Source: Octopus bimaculoides
Taxonomy: Eukaryota
Assembly (NCBI RefSeq): GCF_001194135.2
Contig: NC_068989.1
Coordinates: 59,664,537-59,727,559, forward strand
DNA: 63,023 nt
Direction of reading: 5' to 3'
Shown: positions 12,202-24,010 of the stretch, one piece after another
Layout of the letters: every line of letters begins with the position of its first letter
Numbering within the stretch: position 1 is the first letter of the stretch
Made by a program: the position numbers and the translations under genes
The notes under the pieces: model-generated
Database searches by the model: none
What the model was told of the DNA's origin: nothing
What the model saw: only the letters and a program-made list of their open reading frames with translations

Positions 12202-12419
12202 TGTATTTATCCAATTTATTAATGCACTGAATAAGGCCAAATTGTTACTTTCTTCATTCAAAATATCCATTATTGGGTCAACAGCTTTAATAACTTCAAA
12301 ACTGTAGATGAAAATTGTGTTGTTCATCTCTTTCCCATGGGTGTCAATATAATAAAATAAATAAATACAATCAGAAAAGGAAACTTGGCCGCATACTTGT
12401 TCAACAACACATATGTCGA

Positions 12420-13506
12420 TACTGATTCCCAATCGATACTGATTCACAGCCAAGTATTTTTTTTTTATTTTGGGGAACAAATGATAGTCATATGGGACCA
12501 AATCAGGAGAATAGGAACGTTGATCAACCTGTCAAAAGCCGCAGACACGCACAGCAGCCTTTGAAACCAACGACGTGTGTGCTAGAGCATTGACCTGATA
12601 GAACAAGACCCCTTTTGTCAGTTTTAATAGGTGTTTGGTCTTGATAGCCCTTCATAACTGCCTCAGCAAGTTAACATAGTACTCTCCATTAATGGTGTGA
12701 CTCTTTTGAAAATACTCAATAAACACGATAGCTTTGTATCCCCAAGTACTAAGATCATCACCTTCCCTGCAGATGAAATGCCCTTTGCCTTCTTTGGTGC
12801 AGGTGAGGAGAGGTGTTTCCACTGCATGGATTATTTCTTTGATTCTGGCTGTAAGTGATGAACCCAACACTCATCCTGTGGTAGAAAACGTTCAAGGAAG
12901 CCAGCTTGATCTGCCTCAAAAATCTCAGATTTTCATGCGATGTAGTCAGCCTGCTGTACTTTTGATCAAGTGTCAGAATTGACACCTACAAAGCAGAAAT
13001 CTTCGTTATACCAAGTTCATTGTGCAGAATATTCTCAACTGTCTCATGGGATATGCCAATATCATTGGCCATTTGATTTATAGTCAATCGCCTGTCATCC
13101 ATCACCATGTAGAGAACACGGTCTATGTTTTCCTCGGTAGTGGCAGTTGCAGAACGTTCAGACTTTCCCTTTCCCAACTAAATTCAGTTGCCCGCTTTTT
13201 CACTGTTGATAAACTGGAGCGTCATTCGCTTAGATAGCAAGTACGTCAGCATGAATGTCCTTGGGGGCTAAACCCTTTTTCTGAAGGTATTTGATAAAAC
13301 CACGATGTCAAATTTTGTCGATTTTCAAGAGAAGTCGCTACTAGTTACTTTTGAAGGCTTCTTTGAACAGTCAGATATCTGTTTACCTGGAAAGAAACAA
13401 TGCAGTTGTTAATAAGATTTTAAAATAATGCATGCAAGATTTCACAGGTCTAGCATCATTCCTTCTGAGTCAGCCTTTTTAGTCCACTTTTTAGTCCACA
13501 CTCATA
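12420..13506 (-). mobile_element. Degenerate mariner transposon (irritans/Hsmar2-like), 3' end missing
   Basis: TEENIDRV...DRRLTINQMANDIGISH, HTINGEYY and DYHLFP pieces; homologous to 22369-24010; decayed TIR at about 13465-13506. Confidence 0.85.
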
Positions 13507-13507
13507 A

Positions 13508-14335
13508 CACAGGACGACTAAAAAATTTGAACTTGAACTGAAGATTTTTTGACACCCAGAATTCGAAAATAACTTTCATTTTTTTACCATCACGTCAAGA
13601 TTTTAAGATACCGGATCAATAGAATGATGTTTTTTGGTTTTTTTAAAAAATAAAACAGCTTATGAAGAACAAGGCATAACATGCAGACATACATAGAAAT
13701 TAGTTTTCTTCTAAACTAAAAGGTTTCCTTAAAATTTTACCGAAAATTAGTAAAAGCCTCAAAATTTCTACAGAGAAATTACATCATTGTTTATGTCTAA
13801 TTTCCAATGAATCTGTATTTGGATGATTTTCTTTGAGTGCTCAACCTCGGGAAGATCACGAACCTAGTTCCAGCAATAGTCTGCCATCACATGCAAGTTC
13901 CATTTGCTTTTGATTCAGTGACATTTTTTTTTTCTCCTAATGGAAACGTTCTCCCTACTCGTCACTTGTGTCACCAAGATTTTCGAGAAATTTATCACGG
14001 TAACCGTGGATATTAGAGCAGCTTTACGTTCATATCTGCTCCCAACTTTTGGAAAATTGCCAGCTTGTTGTCGACTATTTCGGCATTGTTGGTTGTTTTC
14101 TTGTTGCCCCGAAAACCATTTAAAACTATTACAAATGAATTCCATGCTGTCGCTTCAATAAATTTCATTGACTACAAAGTTCCCACCTTTATTCAATTTT
14201 CTACCAAGAAATATGCAGATATAGTGAAAGTATGATCCATCGTTATCTAGAGCTTTAACAAAGTACTTGATAATACCAAGCTTGATATGAAATGGAAGTA
14301 GAATGATTTTTCCCGGTTGAACTACCGGCTCTTCA

Positions 14336-14340
<5 letters not shown>
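13508..14340 (-). mobile_element. Chapaev3-like (CMC) DNA transposon, 3' half
   Basis: LPFHIKLGIIKYFVKALD, SDE*GERFH and VMADYCW motifs with a CAC terminus at 13508. Superfamily assignment is from recall. Confidence 0.6.
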
Positions 14341-14426
<86 letters not shown>

Positions 14427-14450
14427 ATGTATGTATGTATGTGTGTGTGT
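14340..14450. repeat. (TG)n/(TATG)n microsatellite
   Basis: Direct reading. Confidence 0.95.
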
Positions 14451-14451
14451 A

Positions 14452-17400
14452 TTGGCTTTGCCAAAAAAAGTCCGTTCGGTTTTTGACGAGAATAAACTTC
14501 AAACCCTCTAAGAAGTAGCTAACTTCAGTCTATCTCTTGCACATGCGCACTTGTTAGATATTTGATACTTCAACATAATTCGACGCAAACTTTGACAAGA
14601 CGAGTTGTGTTTTGTGTGTTTTATATCCTAGATAAACGTTGGCTATATAATTAACGAAGTAGAGGTAAAACAATGTATTCACACGACGTACTTCGCGAGA
14701 CTCCAAAACGCCCTCTCAACGACTCCTACCAATCTCTTCATTATTGGCATAAAGCCATTTAATATAGAGTTTACAGGGGTACAATACAATGGGACAATAT
14801 AAAAGACGTACATGGGGAACATAAAATGAAAACGAATGGTTTACGAATTAATAATTAATGTGGATGAAATGGCTTCCCACCCACCAAAGCGGAAAGTTCC
14901 ATTTTGCTGTTCTAACAGTTCAGTATTTATCATGATTTATTGCAATTATATTTACCTTGTTCAGTCTTCCCAAAAATAATCCAATTCCAAAAAGTCTATC
15001 ACAGGTGGCAACTCATCGTATTGCACTTTAATAGCTGTACAGTCACTCCTCTCTCAACAACTCCTACCGACCTTTATAAAAGTTCGGCTAGTCCATTCTT
15101 CCAATCCCCCCAGAGGTGTCAATAACTCTCGTTACAACATCTCCACCTTTGAGATTGACTTCCGTTGGAAGTTAATATTATTTATTTATTTTTCTTTCAT
15201 TACATCTCTCTTTTTGAGATTTTCCTCCTAGGGAAGTTTAATATTTATTCCGTTTAGACACTACTTCCAACCGTTCTGTTTGCTTCGTCTTTCTTGTGCT
15301 GCAACGCCTAGATTCGATTTCTTGTATCGTTGGAATATCAAACGTGTCGTAGAATACCGCCATGGGCATCTCTTTTCTTTTTTCTGTATATCTATTTTTT
15401 AGCCGGTTTAAATGTCTTTTGTGTTCCCATTTTTCGCCTCTTATCATATATGACATTTTGCCTATTCTTTTAGTTACTACTCCGTCTTCCCAACCTTGTC
15501 TTCCATTTTTATATATTTTGAAAAACACCTTGTCACCGATATTAAAAAGCTTTGTCATATTTTTACTATTTTCCCTATTTTTCTCCATATATCTGTATTA
15601 ATTATCGTAATATCACTGCCCGTATCCAATTGTAACTTGATATTCACCTTATTCATTTTTATAGATACAAATTTTCTTTTCTGAACTTTTGTTAACAATA
15701 CATTCTTTCTAGAATTTTGGGGTTCTTTTTACCCTTTTTTTTGTTTCATTATACAATGTGAGCTTTTATGTCCGATTTTTCCACATTCAAAACATCTACG
15801 ATTTTTAAAGGGACAATTACTTCTAAAATGTAAACCTCCGCAACCATAGTATGGATTTGATCTTTCGTTTTGCCTTTTTCTTTTACGTTTCAGGTCGACA
15901 CGGATATATCTGAGAACAATATCTTTTTCTTCAGTTTTATAATTACAGTATTTTCCGTGTTCGGCAGGGGATAACTTTCTTAAATGTAGTCGCAGCTTCT
16001 CGTCATTCCAGTTTTTACATTCTTCTTTGAAGATTTCTTCGTAGCTTCTAAAATATGCAGAAAAAGTAGTACCTTCTGGGTTATAAATAAATTCTCCAAT
16101 TGAGTTTGCTACGCCGTCTGACGATAACGAACCTGAAGTATTTTCAGACTTCTTCAACGTTACTTCCAATAACTGTTGGTATTGTTGTTGTTGTATTTGT
16201 TGTTATAACTGCTGTTGCAACTGCAGCAGACAAGCCAATAAATCTGTCATGTTAATGATATATTTCTTTGATTTCGTACCAAACAATTTTTAACGCCCGA
16301 CGCAAGTTTCGAATATTACGTCGCCATTTTTATATCCTAGACAAACGTTGGATATATATTTAACGAAGTGGGGGTAAAACAATATGTTCACACGACGTAG
16401 TTCGCGAGACTCCAAAAAACGCCCTCTCAACGTCTCCTACTGCCTTCTCGTTGCTCCTCTTTATAAGAGTTTGGCTTATAAGAATTCGCTACAACAGTAT
16501 GTTTGGATTCAGTCTGAAAATGGAGAACCAAAACAAACATTATCGTCACCTGAGGCATTTTTATTTTAATAAAGGCAAGAAAGCGGTGGAAGCCTACCGA
16601 AAAAACATGCGCTATGTACGGAAAGAATGCTGTTACGGAATGTATGTGCCAGAAAATTTCGATCGGGAAAAATTTTCAGTTCAAAATGCACCTCGCTCTG
16701 ACCGGCCAACTGAAACTAACAGTGACACCAATCCCCACAATATGACAATAATGATCGTAGTATTTCCAAAATATCCAAATCAAATGGGGAAAACCATCTG
16801 CGTCAACTTTGTTGCGTCAACTTTGTTGCGTCAGCAGGCTCGACGTTTGGGTCCCACGTCAATTGAATAGCGCTGACCTCATTTGCGAATTTCCATTTGC
16901 GATTCGTTGCAGAAACGCAAAGGAAACGATCCTTTTTTTTTTTTTTTTCCTAAAGAGAATGCTGATAGGAAACAACATGGATCTTCTATAACAATCTGAA
17001 GAGCAAACGATCATGAGGGTAGCGCGACAAACCATCACAAAGAACCTCCAATGCAGGACTTCGCCCGAAGGTTATGCTTTCAATTTGGTGGGATTGGAAG
17101 GGTGTTGTCTTTTAGGAGCTGCTTCACATGTTCAGAATCATCAATTCGGATGTGTACTGTGGCCGGCTGGACAAATTAAACGCAGTGATCGATCAGAAGC
17201 GTCCAACACTTGCTAGTCAAAAGGGCATTGTCTTTCATCGCGACAGTGCCAGACCGCACACTTCTTAACAGAAGCAGCAGTAGTTACTGGGGCTTGGCTG
17301 GGAAAATTTACCGCGCCCTCCGTATTCGCCCGACCTTACGCCTTCAGATTTCCTCGGTCTCTTCAAAAGTCATTGAATGATCAGACCTTTAACTCTGAAG

Positions 17401-17607
17401 GGGATGTAAAAATTCACCTGGAAGAGTTTTTCGCCGGTAAAGAAAGGAAATTCTTTGAGCAGGGAATAATGGATCTGCCCACAAAACAACAGAAGATATT
17501 TGAACGAAACGATAATTTTACCATTGATTGAATAAATTGCTATGTATTTAAAACTTGCATCTTATTTTCGATAAAAAAAAAACCAATGGACTTTTTGGCC
17601 AACCCAA
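14452..17607 (+). mobile_element. Degenerate mariner transposon interrupted by an LTR element
   Basis: Matching TIRs ttgg-ttgccaaaaa-gtcc (14452) and ggactttttggccaacccaa (17588-17607), with TA on the left. Transposase pieces MENQNKHYRHL...APRSDRPTE, VMLSIWWDWKG, FHRDSARPH, PYSPDLTPSDF. Confidence 0.88.
14617..16496 (-). mobile_element. pol-deleted Gypsy/Ty3 (Mag-like) LTR retroelement
   Basis: LTR copies at about 14617-14790 and 16327-16496 (TGTTGTA start). PBS-like TGGCGACG at 16319-16326. gag with two knuckles (CYGCGGLHFRSNC, CFECGKIGHKSSHC). Integrase C-terminal tail at 15238-15588. PPT at 15140-15153. Confidence 0.85.
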
Positions 17608-17944
17608 CATATATTTCTTCATTACATTCAACCTTGTAGTCGCAAGGAAAGAAGATAGGATAAAACAGTGACAAAATGATAGTCGATCGGGATTCTAATC
17701 TCTAAGACCGAAAATCACGCGCACACAGACGCGTGCGCATACACGTAGAAACACATAAATGCACACACACGCTTACGCACAAACATGCACACACACACAC
17801 ACACACATCATTTTTACGATGAATGTCTTCTGTCAGCTTGTCGAACTAGATCAAAAGAACGCGTCGAACTTTTCGATCGATAATATTGGCAGGTGTCGTT
17901 ACATCCAGATGATCGACAGGTGACGATATTCTGCTCTTACTGTG

Positions 17945-18145
17945 TAGTCCGCTTGATAACCGGTGGTGCTGTGTTTACATCCCTAAAATTAAGTGGTTCG
18001 GCATAAGAGACCGATAAAATACGTTCCAGGCTTTTTAAGAAAAAAAGTACTGGGGTCGTTTCATTCGACAAAAAATTCTTCACAGTGGTGGCCCAGTATG
18101 GCCGCCGCAAGTCTCACGACTGAAACAAGCAGAAGATAAAAGATA
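17945..18145 (+). mobile_element. SINE family C, 3' half (diverged)
   Basis: gcttgataaccggt...gactgaaacaag match. Confidence 0.6.
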
Positions 18146-18284
18146 TTCGACAAAAACGGTCGGGCGAAAGTTGAGAGTAAAGCAACGAGAGTCCGTAACT
18201 CCGTTTCGATTTCATCCACTTCATATACAGTATTTTCATCTTTGCAAGCGTCACAAGACCCCTTTTCTCCTACCTTACTCTAGA

Positions 18285-19960
18285 ACAGTGGTTTTGCAGT
18301 ATTTATCTAGTTTCATTACTATTTAAAGTTTGATAGATTCGAAATACTCCAAATTAAAATCGTATTTTATTTAAATAAGCGCACAATTCTAATGCAATTC
18401 AGTACATAATGTACAATATTGTTGTAGACTTAGTTTTTGTGAGAAGATTAAAGTTGTGACACCAGAGTTTGGATTTATGGCTTGGTTTCTGAATGAGTTA
18501 CCAGTATATCTGAGCTTGAAACAAATAAGCCATAGATTTGAACATGCTAAGGTACATTGTCGAAAATCCAAGTTCACACACATTGGTCCTTGGAAATGGA
18601 AAAGGTTCGCCGAAGGCTAGATTCAGTAACATCGAATATTCTATTACTCCTTTCTGAAACCAGAATGATACAATACTCTGGACAATTGCAAATGTGCTGT
18701 GGATCAATAATCATTTGTCAACTTCAGGGATCCGTCTTTTGTAGACTTGGGAGCCAGTTATTACATCGTTAACAGCAAGAAATGACTGTTTTATCCATGC
18801 AATGTTCTTCGGTTGTATTGCAAGTGACTCGTCTGGACACGCTCTCTTACCTTTTTTCCATTGAATTCGTGCTTTTTAATGTATTTTGATACTGTAGCTA
18901 CATTCGAAACCAAATCGATAAATTGCCATGTTAAATTCACGGTTTAGTAACAGCTTTTTCATGTAAGTGGTCCGAGTTATGGACCAATCAGCAACCTGAC
19001 ATCACATGATAGATCATTCAAGAAACTTCCTGAAATAGGCAGACTTTGAGCCCCAAACCCAAGTGTTCAGAGGCCCGCTGCTAAGCTAACCACATACTCA
19101 TTTTGTTGTTTTAACAGTTGTTATTACGGCTCTTGCTCAACCTAAATATAGTGCTACGGTTCGCCAACGTGAATCTGGAGTGTATATTTTCTCTTGTCTT
19201 GACAGCTTGATTACAGAGCTTTTTTAATCAACTATCTGTAATAGCTACGTAATAGCTTTTTCCAGTGTGTAAACTTTGTTTCTGCAATTTCTAAATCATG
19301 ACCAACATGAAAATCATTTGTATGGTAAAATAAAATTCTGTTAATTGTTCACAGGTGTGCATTCATTGTACGCAACCTGATTTCAACTCGTCTACCAACA
19401 TTTCATATCTCTCATTCTTTATCTATTTTAGCAACCATCTTCAACACTTCATAACAATATCATCGATGTTTTCGGTAACAACTTGTATCTTAGCAACATC
19501 TACCATGCCATCTACTTGCCGAAGAATGCTTTTATTGGAGACAGAAACTCTTGATAGGTTGTTTTTATTTGGTGCTTGCCTTTCATGTTTCTCTCACAAG
19601 AATCTCAGCCCCAGGCATGATAAATTCCACTGTTGCTATGGAGCTTCTTTTGCATGACATGAAATTTGCAACTTCATATGTACAGACTACATTTAGCTTG
19701 CGTCACAGCAAGATGCCCCTTAGAATTCGGCGATTGAGCTTCCAAAGTGCGTTCGAGGTTTTGAAATTCTTCCCAAGTTGTTCTCCCATCGTGAATGTTA
19801 TAAAGAAATTCATGTAGTTACTTAGGTTTCATCATCTTTTTAGATGTCAACCTATTCTCATAAGTGAAATATTTGAAAATACCAACTAGAGCTACTTACA
19901 TGAAAAATAAACAATTCCTATTAACTCAGCCATGTTTCATTACGGCCTGTCACAACATAG
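18285..19960 (-). mobile_element. Degenerate hAT (Buster/Charlie-like) transposon
   Basis: C-terminal PFPRTNVCELGFSTM; upstream EFIMPGAEIL and VSNKSILRQVDGM pieces; left end ctctagaa|cagtggtt fits a Buster-type NNNTANNN target. Right end unresolved. Confidence 0.65.
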
Positions 19961-20463
19961 CATACACTCATTTACTGCGGATTCTGGAGTGATACCGACA
20001 GAAAACTGATTCGATTTTTAAAAGTCTATCAGTTAGAGGTGAATACTTCATGTGTGTCCTTTGGGAGTCAATCTCTTTTCTGAAGTGTGATTAACTTCAC
20101 ATCGGATTGCATGCTCTTCTCGCTGTACTCTAGTTGGGGTAATTATACAGTGTTTGGAAATCTCTGATCCCGAGAAACTAATATTACTTATTAATACCAG
20201 AAACGACGGCCTAATGAGGTTCACTTTATCAGAGAAAAGATAAAGCTTAATTTAAATTATTGGTTGGTTAATTAAAACGTGTTCTGGAAAATTGTACCTT
20301 TGATGTGGAACATTTTATTTATAAATTTAAATTATGCATTAATTACGATGTAATTAAAATACTAAACTATTTACTCTCTAGTGAATGGCTTCGCATGTAG
20401 TTGTCTTCTACCGGCGACAGTATAAATCAAGGGAGGCTACTCTATGTTCTTTGGTTATTAATA

Positions 20464-21201
20464 ATGGCGCCGACACGTGTGATTACTTCGTCTGGAGAAG
20501 ATTTAGAAAAACGACTTGCTGACTTACTCATCAGTAAATCTGAACAAGCATTCAAATCTGATCGTCTGTTTATAATTGGTGTTTCTGGAGGTAGTGTATC
20601 TAAATATTTGTGTAACACTTTATGCAAGCTCTCGACAAACTGGTCTAAATGGCGAATCTTTTTTTGTGATGAACGTTACGTACCTCATGAAGATCCCGAA
20701 TGCACATATAAATACTACAAGGAAAATTTCTTGTCTAAAGTAAAAGATATGTCTGCTGATCATATATATCCGATTAAAGCTGATCTTCCTATTGATCAAT
20801 GTGCTAAAAGTTATTCGGAAACAATTGCTGCTGTATTTGACGTAACCCCAGGGACTTTTCCTCGCTTTGATGTTGTCTTACTTGGGATGGGACCTGACGG
20901 CCACACATGCTCTCTTTTTCCAGGACATCATTTGTTGGACGAGAAAGTAGCTATAGTCAGTCCAATCACTGATTCTCCAAAACCTCCACCCGGTCGAGTA
21001 ACTCTGACTTTGCCTGTACTCAACCGATCAGCTTGTGCTATTTTCATGGCCACCGGTGAAAATAAAGCTGAATTGGTGAGGAAAGCCTTAGAACCTGTTG
21101 ACAGCGATGGAGACATGATACCTGCCGGCAGAGTGAGCCCAGTCGATGGAGAATTAATTTGGTTTTTGGATGCCGCTTCTGCCAAACAGCTGAAGCATTA
21201 A
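20464..21201 (+). CDS. PGLS: 6-phosphogluconolactonase, single coding exon, 245 aa
   Basis: Uninterrupted ORF from ATG 20464 (ataATGgcg) to TAA 21201. Family motifs GVSGGS, IFFCDER, LLGMGPDGHTCSLFP and ITDSPKPPPGRVTLTLPVLN are present. AATAAA at 21370-21375. Confidence 0.95.
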   Translation: MAPTRVITSSGEDLEKRLADLLISKSEQAFKSDRLFIIGVSGGSVSKYLCNTLCKLSTNWSKWRIFFCDERYVPHEDPECTYKYYKENFLSKVKDMSADHIYPIKADLPIDQCAKSYSETIAAVFDVTPGTFPRFDVVLLGMGPDGHTCSLFPGHHLLDEKVAIVSPITDSPKPPPGRVTLTLPVLNRSACAIFMATGENKAELVRKALEPVDSDGDMIPAGRVSPVDGELIWFLDAASAKQLKH

Positions 21202-22368
21202 GAATACAGCTTTGCAAGAATATGTTTACAAGAGCGTGTTTCCATGATGTGTTATTTCTGTTCAAAAAAGAATATATCTATTGCTGTCGACAGTATAACC
21301 TACAAACTTTACATTCTTAAAGCGATATTAAGGAAATATTATTCAAACATTTTCTGCTACTTTTGATATAATAAATACAAAAATTAATCACTATCTACGT
21401 AGTTTTTTTTTCCCCCTCACTTTATCGGTTTATTAATGTTTACAACAAAATTATTTAAATTTATTTTTACTGTGATTCAAACTGATAGACCATATTTTTC
21501 GTAACATTTATTGTTCCTATAATCTTACAAATTATAAGAATATATTTCATAATCACATGTCGGTACTATATTACAAATTGGATGGACAGCCCCTAGCAAT
21601 TATGGTCAGTCAAATCTAGAGTTGAACGATTGGTAGCAATCTACTAATTCAGCTTGGCTGAAATTCTGCTTCATGATGCGAAGTGAACAACAAACCAAGG
21701 AGTTCTCTGTACTTAGTAAACTATGGCATACTTATAGTAATATACAATGTTATTAGCTCTGCTGCTGCTGCTGCATAAATAACTACTCAAATATGGGTAG
21801 GAGGAGGAGGTTACTTTTAATGTGTACACTTAAACTTCGGTTTTTAATATCATACATACAATGCAATATTCCTTCCCAACTCAATTGTTTGAGAGAACAC
21901 ACTTTTAACTATATTCGCTGACTCTCTTAGACTTCATACTAAATGTTTGGTTCACTCCAACTTCCGAATCCAAACTCTATCCCTTTGGCTTTAACAAACC
22001 ATCAGTCTGCAAAGGTTCAAATTAACCTAAACATACAAAAAACCCTACAAAGACATGTATAACAGCATTCAGAATTTGAGGTGAAACTGTTATGGGTCTG
22101 CCTTAGTGACAATAAATCAAAAATGGGCTTTGTGGAATATTGAATAAAATTCAGTTACTATGAGGAATAGGAAGATTATTGTTTCTCTATGTAATCTTGA
22201 GTATGTAAAGTAACAAGATGGTCATAACTAGAGTGTCCTCAATCTGGACTGAGCCGAGATTAAGCAACAACTTTAAGTATATCTAAGAAATAATATAATC
22301 AGCATAATTAATTAGCTAAACAGGGAAAAGAAGAGTAGGCTCAGCATGAACATCATTTCACTTCACTA

Positions 22369-24010
22369 TCAGGATGGGCTGAAAAGTTCATATGCTGACT
22401 ATGAAGCAGTGATGGTAGAGCTGTAAAATCTTACATCCATTTCAGCTCCTCTTCTTATTAATAACTGCATTGTTTCTTTCCAGGTAAACTGATATCTGAC
22501 TGTTCAAAGAAGACTGAAGTAACTAGTAGTAACTTCTCTTGAAAAATCAACAATATTTGACATTGTAGCCTTGTCAAGTACCTGTAGAAAAAGGGTTTAG
22601 TCCCCAAGGACATTCATACTGACATGATTGTTACATTAGGAGATGACATCCCAGCTTTATCATCAGTGCACAAGTGGCAACTGAATTTAGGAGGGGAATG
22701 GAGAGTCTTAAAAGACAACCCAAGTTCTGGACGTCCTACAGCTGCCAGCACTGAGGAAAACATTGATTGTGTTCACTTTATGATGATGGATGACAGGCGA
22801 TTGACTATAAATCAAATACCCAATGCTATTAGCATATCCCATGAGAGAGTTGAGAATATTCTGCACCATAAACTTGGCATGACGAAGGTTTCTGCTCAAT
22901 GGCTGCCACATCTACTGACACCTGATCAAAATGGCAAAAGGCTGGACACATCATAGGGACCCAGCTGATTTCCTAAGCTAAGATGAGTGTTCGGTTCATC
23001 ACCTTCAGCCAGAAATAATCCATGCAGTGGAAACACCCCTCCTCAACTGCTCTAAAGTCTAATGTCATTTCATTTGCAGGGAAGGTGATGGCTTCAGTTT
23101 TGAAGGATGAAAATGGTATTGTGTTTATTGACTCATAGGCACAGGAGTGGCTGTGTGGTAACTAGCTTGCTTACCAACCACATGGTTCCGGGTTCATTCC
23201 CACTGTGTGGCACCTTGGGCAAGTGTCTTCTACTATAGCCTCGGGCCGACCAAAGCCTTGTGAGTGGATTTGGTAGACAGAAACTGAAAGAAGCCCGTCA
23301 TATATATGTATATGTTTGTGTGTGTGTCTGTGTTTGTCCCCCCAACATCGCTTGACAACCGATGGTGGTGTGTTTACGACCCCTTAACTTAGCAGTTCAG
23401 CAAAAGAGACCGAAAGAATAAGTACTAGGTTTCCAAATAATAAGTCCTGGTGTCGATTTGCTCGACTAAAAGGCAGTGCTCCAGCATGACCACAGTCAAA
23501 TGACTGAAACAAGAATAAAAAGAATAAAAAAAAGAATATTTTCAAAAGGGCCTCACCATAAATGGAGAATACTATGCCAACTTGCTGAAGTAGTTTTGAA
23601 AGGCTATCAAGACAAAATGCCCAGGAAAACTGACAAGAGGGGTTTTGTTCCATCAGGACAATGCTCCAGCACACAAGCCATTAGTTCCAGTGTTTGCTGT
23701 GCATGACTCTGGGTCTGAATTGGCTGATCATCCTCATTTTTCTGATTTAACCCCATCTGACGATCATCTGTTCCCCAACATGGAAAAACACTTGGCTGGG
23801 AATCAGTATCGTAGTGATGAAGTCATATCAGCTGTTGACTTTTTTGCCCAAGAGGACGAAAGCTTCTTCATCAATGAGATCCAAGCATTGCAACAGTGAA
23901 AGAAGAAGTGTGTGGACCACAAGGGGGTCTATGTTGAAAAATAAACCTCATTTGGTTACATTCCATGAGAGTATCTTGGTCAGCCTAAGAACTTTACAAC
24001 CAACCCTCAA
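22369..24010 (+). mobile_element. Degenerate mariner transposon with both TIRs and a SINE insertion
   Basis: TIR ggatgggctgaaaagttcatatgctgac and its inverse near 23975-24010. SGRPTAASTEENID...WLPHLLTPDQ, FHQDNAPAH, SDLTPSDDHLFP. Confidence 0.88.
23137..23530 (+). mobile_element. SINE family C (about 400 bp, internal TA/TG microsatellite) inserted in the mariner ORF
   Basis: Head ggc-caggagtggctgtgtggtaa; the transposase (IVFID / FQKG-TINGEYY) resumes on the other side. Confidence 0.88.

Noticed and set aside
14155-14511. ORFs with poly-HT or poly-VC runs
   Set aside because: These are translations of the (TG)n microsatellite joined to transposase debris.
20401-20463. 21-aa N-terminal extension of PGLS in the ORF track
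   Set aside because: It begins at TTG directly after an in-frame TAG. Homology starts at the ATG at 20464, so it is an artefact of allowing alternative starts.
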